A DNA stretch of 28,893 nt from a virus (IMGVR_UViG_3300044267_005153:1-28893); one strand, 5' to 3'; positions 8,334-15,672 are shown, numbered from the stretch's first letter. Notes: generated by a model not told the origin, from the sequence alone. A program made the numbers and translations.

Positions 8334-8618
8334 CTATCTGGCTACACTGATTGCGAGATAGGAATTCCAGCTGACGACTAGAAACATTCCAATTGCAACA
8401 AGAGAAAGAGTATTCGTACTTATCCTTTTAGAAAACATGACTACAAACCCAAGTGAGATTGCTTTCATAACCCAGAGTCCATAGGGGATGTTCATGAAGA
8501 TCCTTGCAACCGGATTTGCCTCTGCAAAGTTCTGAAAAGTGATAAGATGCTCAGTGACTAAATTATCAATTATGCACAATATAAATATCACTAAGAGAAA
8601 GGATCGTTTGCAGTGCAT
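8334..8618 (-). CDS. DUF5658-like membrane protein
   Basis: D..T..L..EANP..K..WN pattern with ~3 TM. Probable start is ATG 8618 with GAGGT 8 nt upstream (ORF track extends to 8663). Confidence 0.7.
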   Translation of the reverse strand: MHCKRSFLLVIFILCIIDNLVTEHLITFQNFAEANPVARIFMNIPYGLWVMKAISLGFVVMFSKRISTNTLSLVAIGMFLVVSWNSYLAISVAR

Positions 8619-8931
8619 GTATGAATACCTCGCAGAAGTAGATAGAATTATCGATGGGGACACAGTCGATTTTAATATAGATCTCGGGTTTAGCGTCTCC
8701 CTGAAAATTCGTGGCAGGTTGGCTGGATGTGATACGCCCGAGAGAGGTCATCAGGACTTCAAGCTGGCAACTGAGAAATGCCGAGAGCTGCTTGAAAGAG
8801 CCAGAGATAGTTGGCCGTTTTATGGCAAGATAGTCTTGAAAACATCAAGGACCGGCAAGTATGGCAGATGGATAGTAGAGATTCAGGGTGTCACAGACGT
8901 TCTCTCCCAAATCTGGCCTTACAAGCAATGA
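8617..8931 (+). CDS. staphylococcal nuclease-like (thermonuclease) protein
   Basis: MYEY.A.VDRIIDGDTVD..IDLGF..RLAGCDTPE..GKYGRW. The family-typical N-terminus places the start at ATG 8617. Confidence 0.88.
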   Translation: MYEYLAEVDRIIDGDTVDFNIDLGFSVSLKIRGRLAGCDTPERGHQDFKLATEKCRELLERARDSWPFYGKIVLKTSRTGKYGRWIVEIQGVTDVLSQIWPYKQ

Positions 8932-9164
8932 AGTCTTTCGAAGAAGTAGGACTCAGACGCTGTCGTTTCTGTGTGATCGTCTGGCTCTCCATCATCATCC
9001 CATCTGATGACCACGTACCCTTCTTCAGAATTCTTCCTGCTCCTGCCCTTCCTTTCAATGACAGTGCCGTTCCATCTGAATGCTGCGCCTGCCTCCCTTC
9101 TGTCAGGGCACTCGAAGACTACTCTGTCCCCCTTTCTCAGTTTCTTTGCTTCGTGGTACTTCAT
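8919..9164 (-). CDS. hypothetical protein, possible SH3/KOW-like barrel
   Basis: 81 aa with a GGGAG SD. Pattern LRKGDRVVF..WNGTV..GYVVIRWDD. Confidence 0.7.
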   Translation of the reverse strand: MKYHEAKKLRKGDRVVFECPDRREAGAAFRWNGTVIERKGRSRKNSEEGYVVIRWDDDGEPDDHTETTASESYFFERLHCL

Positions 9165-9166
9165 CT

Positions 9167-9616
9167 TTATTCTCCCGTTGTTTTAAGTGGATTCCAAATC
9201 CAAAATCCATATACACATCGATCCCCTCCTCGCGTTGGGTCATAGGTGTCATGGCATACGCCATCAATCACAGCCGAGTAATGGCGAGACAGTCTGGCAA
9301 CCAGCGTCCCGATTGGCAGCTCGTCCTTTCTCATGTGGACTGTGCATCCTGAGCCAATGCTCATGCAGCTGATCCACTCGAACCCTTCCTCAGCCATCAG
9401 CTTGTCAAGCGTCTCCCGGTATACTCCGGTGCGGGCGCTTGACTTTCGCTTCTGTTCGCCTCGGCCTCTCTCGTCCTTGGCCAGCTCATTAATCCGGTCA
9501 TAGATTTCTTGGTAGGGCTTGCCCGTTGCGATTGCTGTGGCCCTGACTGCGCAGTCTCCGGTATCGCCTTTGTACCCAGCGGCCTTGCGTCCTCCATCGT
9601 TGTAGACGTGTCTCAT
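9167..9616 (-). CDS. phage protein with a Cys-His-Asp motif (papain/C39-like fold candidate)
   Basis: GDCAVRA.AIA..Y and RHYSAVIDGVCHDT motifs; AAGGA SD. Confidence 0.75.
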   Translation of the reverse strand: MRHVYNDGGRKAAGYKGDTGDCAVRATAIATGKPYQEIYDRINELAKDERGRGEQKRKSSARTGVYRETLDKLMAEEGFEWISCMSIGSGCTVHMRKDELPIGTLVARLSRHYSAVIDGVCHDTYDPTRGGDRCVYGFWIWNPLKTTGE

Positions 9617-9738
9617 TTCTTTTCCTTTGGTTAGGTTTCCTTTGCCGTACTATAATTTATTCGTCAACCAATCATGTTTATTTGAATAAATCTGAAAAAA
9701 ATCTAAGTTTTTTTCTTTATCAGGGTTGGCATTTGGCC

Positions 9739-9767
9739 ATTATACCAAATCAAAAAGACGCTGTCAA
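9739..9767 (-). promoter_or_regulatory. consensus sigma70-type promoter
   Basis: TTGACA (9762..9767)-17 nt-TATAAT (9739..9744) with an extended -10 TGn, in an intergenic region. Confidence 0.9.
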
Positions 9768-9769
9768 GC

Positions 9770-10009
9770 CTACTTGTGATGCTGGCTTGCCGGATTCCAC
9801 CCGCTGTCAAGCATTCGCTCGTGCAATCTTTCCCAAGCCTCTGGATTCCTTCGGTAGAACTCTTTATCTAACTGGATCTGCCTATCTCGCTCACGCATGT
9901 ACTCTTCATCTGTAACGCCTGATTGCCTGAAGCTCACTGCGATTGCATATATCATGATGATCACACATATCATCAGAGCCAGATTGTAAGCTAAGTTAAA
10001 AATTCTCAT
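9770..10009 (-). CDS. small single-TM protein
   Basis: 79 aa with an N-terminal hydrophobic helix; overlaps the upstream stop. Confidence 0.65.
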   Translation of the reverse strand: MRIFNLAYNLALMICVIIMIYAIAVSFRQSGVTDEEYMRERDRQIQLDKEFYRRNPEAWERLHERMLDSGWNPASQHHK

Positions 10010-10224
10010 ACTACCCTGATTAGCATTTCCCTAACCCAGATCAGGTTATCTGATGAGCAGGTGACTTCTCGAACTGTTTTCGTCAGCGACTCTGAACTCC
10101 TGTCGACCGTCTCTTCTTGGCAGAGGATCTCGCCACTGCGTCTGCAGATCCCTCTGACTTTGTACGAGTCGATCCCATTCCCCTGAACCTCTATCCTTAT
10201 TCGTTTCTCTCTATCTTTTTTCAT
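10006..10224 (-). CDS. hypothetical protein
   Basis: 72-aa ORF tightly packed in the operon. Confidence 0.6.
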   Translation of the reverse strand: MKKDREKRIRIEVQGNGIDSYKVRGICRRSGEILCQEETVDRSSESLTKTVREVTCSSDNLIWVREMLIRVV

Positions 10225-10226
10225 GG

Positions 10227-10901
10227 CTACCTTATCATTGGTTCGAAGACCGCATGTTTACCGTCGATGACGACACCACAACCTAAAATTGGTTTTTTGT
10301 TGAACTTTACCCCGTATGACATTGAAGCGTGGTGCCAGTCAACGAGACATCCGACATTCATTCCAAAGACGAGGCTATTAGGGTTCGCGTGGTAATACAC
10401 TCCAGCCGAACTGTGATGATGTCCAGCAACTACGCTCTGGAAGAGATCTTTTGCATTTGCCAACGCCGGTGTTATCCCACCCTTCCCATTGTCACCATGC
10501 ATATAAATGCAGTTATCAACCTCAAGCTTTGCGTATCTTGGCATCCACTCCCATTGAGGGGTCTCCCAGATCTGGTAATTGCCTTTGATCACTGATCCGG
10601 GCAGGCCAGCTGTGCAAGCTCGGCGATGTGGGAGTGAGTCGTGATTTCCGGTCATTACCGTCAGCTTTGGGAACGCTCTTTTCAGCTTCTGGACTTGCCT
10701 AAGTGCAGTATTGAATTCTTCATTGTAGTTGAGGTCATTTAGATCCTTCTCGTGATATGAAATACAGTGCCAGTCGACAACATCACCGATATGAACGACT
10801 TTATCGCACCTCCAAGCTCTTCGAATATCCCTCAAGAAGTCAATCGCGTCCTCTTGCATACATGGCGCATGTGTGTCTGGAATCACAAGAACGTTGCTCA
10901 T
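10227..10901 (-). CDS. calcineurin-like metallophosphoesterase
   Basis: Motifs DTH, GDVVD, GNHD, HG and GHHH; GGAGG SD. Confidence 0.9.
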   Translation of the reverse strand: MSNVLVIPDTHAPCMQEDAIDFLRDIRRAWRCDKVVHIGDVVDWHCISYHEKDLNDLNYNEEFNTALRQVQKLKRAFPKLTVMTGNHDSLPHRRACTAGLPGSVIKGNYQIWETPQWEWMPRYAKLEVDNCIYMHGDNGKGGITPALANAKDLFQSVVAGHHHSSAGVYYHANPNSLVFGMNVGCLVDWHHASMSYGVKFNKKPILGCGVVIDGKHAVFEPMIR

Positions 10902-10911
10902 TGAGATCCTC

Positions 10912-11124
10912 CTAGCCTTTTCTTTTTATCTCTGATTCGAGTTCAGCAACCTTCTTTTCAATTCGGGCAAATCTCATCTCTGCCTCCTTGAAGAGCAAGA
11001 CTGCTCTCTCAATCCTATCGTGAAGCTGCTTAACTTCCGCAGAGAGAATCGCTTGGGACATTAGCCTCTGCGATCCGACCATTGCGTTGATGTTATCAGT
11101 TAATTCTTGAATTTCTGGCAACAT
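10912..11124 (-). CDS. hypothetical coiled-coil protein
   Basis: 70 aa with heptad character; GAGGA SD. Confidence 0.6.
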   Translation of the reverse strand: MLPEIQELTDNINAMVGSQRLMSQAILSAEVKQLHDRIERAVLLFKEAEMRFARIEKKVAELESEIKRKG

Positions 11125-11327
11125 TCCTCATACTCCATCCTTGCGTATTTGATGAAAATAGGATCTCTCGTATACTCGCAACTCGCTCCGATATCGTACC
11201 TCAATAAATGAGCGAGAAACAGAAGTCTCTCCAGACTCCTCGCACTGTGAAATTCAGATACCACGTCAATTTGATCAGCGGTCCAAACCTGCTTGTATGT
11301 TTCAATCCTTTCTCTAAAAGTCTCCAA
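11100..11327 (-). CDS. hypothetical protein
   Basis: 75-aa ORF overlapping its neighbours in the operon. Confidence 0.55.
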   Translation of the reverse strand: METFRERIETYKQVWTADQIDVVSEFHSARSLERLLFLAHLLRYDIGASCEYTRDPIFIKYARMEYEECCQKFKN

Positions 11328-11715
11328 TATCTACGCCTTTTTCTACTGCCTGCTCAAGTGCCGACTCGAAATCCGTAGAAAAGAATCCTTTTGTAAAATA
11401 ACTGCCGTCGACCTCGATGCCGCAGTCTCTCATGTGCCTCAAAACGTCAATTTGGGCTTCATCATCGAGAATCATGTCTCCACATTCTTCTGCATCTAAA
11501 AGTGCGCAGAAGAATTTTATATCTTTCTCAATTATAGATATCCGTTCTTCCCTCAGCTCAAGCTCGACCTCAAGTACATCTATCCTCTCTTCGAGAGTGA
11601 AGTATTGATCCTCACCGTCCATCCTCTTGTGCCATACTTTTGCTATCCCTCTCAGTGTTTCATCGTCCATTTGTGACCTCCTTTGTCTGTATTGTAATGC
11701 AATATTGATCGCCAA
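11314..11715 (-). CDS. hypothetical acidic protein
   Basis: 133-aa ORF. The likely start is the internal MDDETL, which has an AGGAGG SD. Confidence 0.65.
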   Translation of the reverse strand: MAINIALQYRQRRSQMDDETLRGIAKVWHKRMDGEDQYFTLEERIDVLEVELELREERISIIEKDIKFFCALLDAEECGDMILDDEAQIDVLRHMRDCGIEVDGSYFTKGFFSTDFESALEQAVEKGVDIGDF

Positions 11716-11722
11716 AATCGCG

Positions 11723-13306
11723 TTACGACTTTACATTATTTCTGATTTTCCTTCTGAGCCACGGGAACAGGTCAACCACTGGCTTTTTCCATTCCGGGCT
11801 CTGAGGGAGCTTTAGCTCTATATCCTTTTTATTGAAATCTATGCCCTTCTTGTTTGCTATCGATTTCGCCACTGCTATCGCATGTGCAAGAGTCTGGTTG
11901 CGAGCTGCTGCTATCCACAGACCGTCTTTGAAGCAAGAATTTGTGTCCTTCGGCTTCTTGAATTTAGTAGACCTGCCAACTACACGCTTCAGCTTCCCGT
12001 TAATTTGCCGAACCATCCTGATTGACGACTTGTGGATGTGACCGCAGGCTGGACATTGATTCCCGTGTGTTCTCATCGCGCAGCACTTCGGGCAGCAGAT
12101 TGGCTCTGATTCGGTCTTCTCTTTGCTTTGCTGTCGCTCATCCTTTATTTTCTTGGCGACTTCACTTGTGCTTTCACCCAACACCCAATTCCTATCAATT
12201 GTCGGTACGCCAAATCGGTCAACAACTCCGCTGTGATCAATCAGCAATTTGTGGTCATAGTCGGTGTGCGTTCGCATGATTCGTCCGGTCGACTGCAAGT
12301 AAGTCGCAACTGATCCCATCAGAGTTGCAATTATTCCACAGTAGGTCTTAGGCGAGTCCCACGCTTCACGCAAGATGAATCTATTTGCAATGCCACGAAT
12401 GTATCCGTTTTCGTATCTGTTAAAAAGCTCAGACCTCGCTCTTTCAGCTTTTAGGGAAGTTCCATTCTCAAACTCTAAGACTTTCAGTTTCCCGTCTGAC
12501 TGGCGCTCAGACCAAGTTATTCTCACAGAATCAATAGATCCCCAAGGTATATCTTTTTCTGCGAACTCCTTGACCCACCACCTAGCTGCTGCGCTAGAAG
12601 ATGCAAAAAGGATCGTCGGAAGCTGCTTGGGGTTTAGCTTGCACCAGTGTTCAAAAACCCTTCCGAAAACTGTGGGCACTAGAAAAAGACTATCGGAATC
12701 CTTTTCGGCATACTCTCCCCCCTTCATCGGTCTTATCTTAGAAACGTCTGGGGCGTCTGGGGAGTAGATTCTCAATGGAAGGTGGGCGCCTATCTTTAGC
12801 GACTCTTCATAAGTTCCTGCCTGAATGAGATCGTCTGGAACTTCAAGGTCAACTGGAGTGGCAGTTACGCCTACGCAGTGATTGCCCATTCGAATTATCT
12901 CTTTTTGCAGCTTCGTGCAACCTTCTGCTTTTTGCAGGTGGACTTCATCCCACACCACAAGGTCGCTGAAAATGCCTAGACCTCTTGCTATAAGAGTCTG
13001 GTGCATTGCAATCTGGACTGCTTTCGATGGATCCGGGGTAAACCCACTTGCCTGAACTCCAAATTCTATTTGCTCTTCCCTGAGCTGGCTGATGATCTGA
13101 TCCCTGAGTATTCTTCGGTGAACAACGACCGTGACGGATTTGCCTCGTTCGATTGCAAGTCGTATCATATCGAAGATAATATATGATTTCCCAGTCCCGG
13201 TTGGGCTGACAATCACTGGGAACTTGCACCCACGCCTGAAAGAACCCTTCACTCCCTCGATTGCCCTGATCTGGTTAGGCCACCTTGCCTTTACCAAGCT
13301 GTTCAT
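11723..13306 (-). CDS. superfamily II DNA helicase with C-terminal Zn finger (RadD/YejH-like)
   Basis: Walker A SPTGTGKS, DEVH, TATP, YLQSTGRIMR, IDH.G..RFG, and CPKC..CPACG. Confidence 0.92.
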   Translation of the reverse strand: MNSLVKARWPNQIRAIEGVKGSFRRGCKFPVIVSPTGTGKSYIIFDMIRLAIERGKSVTVVVHRRILRDQIISQLREEQIEFGVQASGFTPDPSKAVQIAMHQTLIARGLGIFSDLVVWDEVHLQKAEGCTKLQKEIIRMGNHCVGVTATPVDLEVPDDLIQAGTYEESLKIGAHLPLRIYSPDAPDVSKIRPMKGGEYAEKDSDSLFLVPTVFGRVFEHWCKLNPKQLPTILFASSSAAARWWVKEFAEKDIPWGSIDSVRITWSERQSDGKLKVLEFENGTSLKAERARSELFNRYENGYIRGIANRFILREAWDSPKTYCGIIATLMGSVATYLQSTGRIMRTHTDYDHKLLIDHSGVVDRFGVPTIDRNWVLGESTSEVAKKIKDERQQSKEKTESEPICCPKCCAMRTHGNQCPACGHIHKSSIRMVRQINGKLKRVVGRSTKFKKPKDTNSCFKDGLWIAAARNQTLAHAIAVAKSIANKKGIDFNKKDIELKLPQSPEWKKPVVDLFPWLRRKIRNNVKS

Positions 13307-13307
13307 T

Positions 13308-13640
13308 TTATTTAATCCTGATGCATTCCCTTTTTACAGTCTTCCGCAGTTCTTTATCAAACACATCAGCTTCGCTTTGATAAAGCGTAACCGACTTTCC
13401 GATCCACTCCTTAACTTTAGATCCGTGAAGATTGGCAATGGAACCTGCATTGGTTACATTTAAGACGAGTGGCTTATCTTTTCCTTTGAAAAAAACCACG
13501 GGGCGCTTGACTTTCAAGCCTCCCCGAAGAGTCATTTCTACATCCTTTTCGACTTTCGATATCTCGACCTTCACCTCCTTTCCTTGGAGGTGGAACCATC
13601 TTAGATAAGTCTTGTCGAAAAGTGCTTCCCAATGATCCAT
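13308..13640 (-). CDS. conserved phage protein (LVLNxTN motif; OB-fold-like, putative ssDNA-binding)
   Basis: V.I.KV..KPLVLNVTNA..I..L.G..EWIGK.VTLY..IRI pattern, recalled from phage recombination modules. Confidence 0.7.
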   Translation of the reverse strand: MDHWEALFDKTYLRWFHLQGKEVKVEISKVEKDVEMTLRGGLKVKRPVVFFKGKDKPLVLNVTNAGSIANLHGSKVKEWIGKSVTLYQSEADVFDKELRKTVKRECIRIK

Positions 13641-13648
13641 CTTTTTTC

Positions 13649-13957
13649 CTAAAATGGTGATCCGGTTGACATTGCTGCTGGCTCCTCAAGATTCACCACT
13701 TCACTGCAAGAGAGAGACATGAATCTGCGTTCCAGACCATCCTTCTCCCACTTCCTCCCGCGAAGCTCTACCTTGAATGTGTAGACTCCTCCGACTTCGA
13801 GATTCTCAGAAATCGCATCATAAATACACTCAAGGGTGTAGTATTGATCGAATCTTCCGGGGTGAGTTACCTGCACCTCCCTTTTCTGGAATCCCTTGTC
13901 TCCCACAGTCTCGACTTCTCCGATATTGTCGACTCTTCCTTGAATATAAAAATGCAT
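13649..13957 (-). CDS. DUF3127-like SSB-type OB-fold protein
   Basis: IQGRV..GFQKRE..Q..LE..LEVG..LRGRKW..F.SL, with a C-terminal PF like an SSB tail. Confidence 0.8.
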   Translation of the reverse strand: MHFYIQGRVDNIGEVETVGDKGFQKREVQVTHPGRFDQYYTLECIYDAISENLEVGGVYTFKVELRGRKWEKDGLERRFMSLSCSEVVNLEEPAAMSTGSPF

Positions 13958-14151
13958 CAGTCCAAACTCCTCGTTAAAAGTTCTTTGCGTAAAATGGTTG
14001 TCTTCTTCGGCGCCTCAATTGCAAGTATTGCTGCATCATCTCCGATTGATGTAACAGTGACTTTAATATCATCACCAATAAGCACAGTCTCCTGCTTCCT
14101 TCGCGCGATAATTAAAGTGCCTACATTTGGGTCTTTTTCGTACATCGCCAT
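13957..14151 (-). CDS. csrA: carbon storage regulator CsrA/RsmA homolog
   Basis: LIIARRKQETVLIGDDIKVTV..IEAPK..ILRKEL aligns with the CsrA pattern LILTRR.GE..IGD.V.VTV..APK.V.V.REE. Probable start is ATG 14151 after AAGGAG. Confidence 0.85.
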   Translation of the reverse strand: MAMYEKDPNVGTLIIARRKQETVLIGDDIKVTVTSIGDDAAILAIEAPKKTTILRKELLTRSLD

Positions 14152-14175
14152 CCTCGTCTCCTTTGTAAAAAAAGT

Positions 14176-14205
14176 TTTATAGCCTACAGTGTCATTCGCT
14201 GTAAA
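14176..14205 (-). promoter_or_regulatory. possible promoter upstream of csrA
   Basis: TTTACA-18 nt-TATAAA in the 61-nt gap upstream of the probable start. Confidence 0.4.
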
Positions 14206-14212
14206 CATCAAT

Positions 14213-14671
14213 TTATTGAATAAATTCCTCTGCTGAAGTCGAACTTCTCCTCTCGTTCACTCTTGCTGTGACTCGCTCAAAAATCGTGAGGCAGTGCGGG
14301 CACTCCACAAAATCAGTTGAAAAATAATAGGCAAAGTTGTTATTACTTCTCTCTATTTTGGGCACCACACTCTGCTCCTTTTCTATGGAGTCGCTTGGGT
14401 TAAAGAGTGGCTCTCCAAGCTCCAGTCTTTTGCAGAAAGTTGCGATCTTTTCAAGAGATCCAGCTTTGGAATCGGTGGGAGGTGATTTTATTGGTGATTC
14501 GACAAAGTCGTCACACCTCCCCTCTCCGACTTCTGCGAGAAATTCGAACCACCCCTTGCCGGTAGGTTTCTCATCGCTTGAGTCAGGGAATATCGGCCAG
14601 AGAAAGTTTTCTTTCTCGACCGAATTCTCCTTCAGCCTTTCCATGGCCAAGTTGATGTTTTCGCAATCCAT
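14213..14671 (-). CDS. hypothetical protein with a PT..GS.EK..R..G.PL..P.D motif
   Basis: PTDSKAGSLEKIATFCKRLELGEPLFNPSD resembles a small family I recall from Planctomycetota. C-terminal CPHC. Confidence 0.7.
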   Translation of the reverse strand: MDCENINLAMERLKENSVEKENFLWPIFPDSSDEKPTGKGWFEFLAEVGEGRCDDFVESPIKSPPTDSKAGSLEKIATFCKRLELGEPLFNPSDSIEKEQSVVPKIERSNNNFAYYFSTDFVECPHCLTIFERVTARVNERRSSTSAEEFIQ

Positions 14672-14685
14672 GCTTTACCCCCATT

Positions 14686-15327
14686 TTACACACGAGATAT
14701 CGAGATGTCAAGGGAAAACCAGCTAATAATCCCAGTCTTTACTGACAACCTCTCAGCGATCTCTAGGCTTAGAACTGACTGCAAAAATCCCTCCAGCGGA
14801 AACTCTCTCCTCAGGTCTAAGCTCGATGTGATGACTTGCGTGTGAAGTTCTGAGTTTTGCAAATAGTACCCAATCGCAATATTTGATGGGTATTCTTGCG
14901 TCGATATAGAACGTCTTGACTCTTCCCTGATCTCCTGATCTTCTGGATGCAGAATTGCTATCTGTGCTTTTCTGGAATCTGGTGTCCAATAAAGCTCGTT
15001 CACGACATCATCGATCTGCTCATCGATTCGTTGTCCTCTCAGCGAAAACTGTTTGTATCTTTGCGCAACGTTATCGTTTCTTTTTATCTCGCGTAATAGA
15101 CCTTGACTCAACTCAACATCGGCAGAGAGTATCCAGTCTGTGTACTCCAAGATTAAGCGATGATTTACCCAAGGGTATTTGCTCTTGTCTGACTTGAGCC
15201 AAGCAGGTTGATTATCACTATGCCAAGAAAAGTCTAGATTCCTTACAGATCTTCCCTTTTGCTTGGACACGTAATCGAATAAATTCTGGTAGCAATCTGA
15301 AAAGCTATTAAACGTCCTGCTGCGCAT
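14686..15327 (-). CDS. thymidylate synthase/dCMP hydroxymethylase-fold protein with a substituted active site
   Basis: QIDDVVNEL..PDSRKA..P.D..YPS..L..SLD..FP..IAERL..G..W aligns with the ThyA C-terminal core. Probable start is ATG 15327 after GAAGGGA. Confidence 0.75.
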   Translation of the reverse strand: MRSRTFNSFSDCYQNLFDYVSKQKGRSVRNLDFSWHSDNQPAWLKSDKSKYPWVNHRLILEYTDWILSADVELSQGLLREIKRNDNVAQRYKQFSLRGQRIDEQIDDVVNELYWTPDSRKAQIAILHPEDQEIREESRRSISTQEYPSNIAIGYYLQNSELHTQVITSSLDLRREFPLEGFLQSVLSLEIAERLSVKTGIISWFSLDISISRV

Positions 15328-15374
15328 CGTAATTCCCTTCACTAAATAGATCGGCTGACGAATACTGAGGCTTT

Positions 15375-15669
15375 AGCTAAAAAATGTCAATATCGAAATT
15401 GTGCGCGTACCCCAAGCTTTTACCTGAATTATGACGGCAGGTATTGCTGAGGCTAAGTGTAGTTCGCAGGTTTTCAGCTTACCGTTTGTCATTGACTGGG
15501 GCAGAGCTTCAACTGCTATCCCAGATTTTGGCAGGGCCTGAAATTGCAACTGCTGGGGTTGGCAGTTGTTACCACCTGAAACCCACGCTGGGTGCGACTC
15601 TTTAACAAAAACCCAATCGGCCCTGAAGCGACCTTTGCGTTTAGCGTGTTTTCTCGGCCTAATTTTTTT
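15375..15669. ncRNA. candidate structured non-coding element (ncRNA, long leader or origin)
   Basis: Largest gap without a convincing gene, with at least five stems, four CCTGAA copies and a T7 run at 15663..15669. No known RNA family recognised. Confidence 0.35.
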
Positions 15670-15672
15670 GGA

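Noticed and set aside
8539-8616. N-terminal extension of the SNase-like ORF in the ORF track
   Set aside because: The family-typical start MYEY is at 8617, and the extension overlaps the opposite-strand membrane gene.
14686-15327. Calling this gene thyA, or evidence of hypermodified DNA
   Set aside because: The catalytic Cys and nucleotide-binding residues are absent, and no kinase or glycosyltransferase partners are seen in the window.
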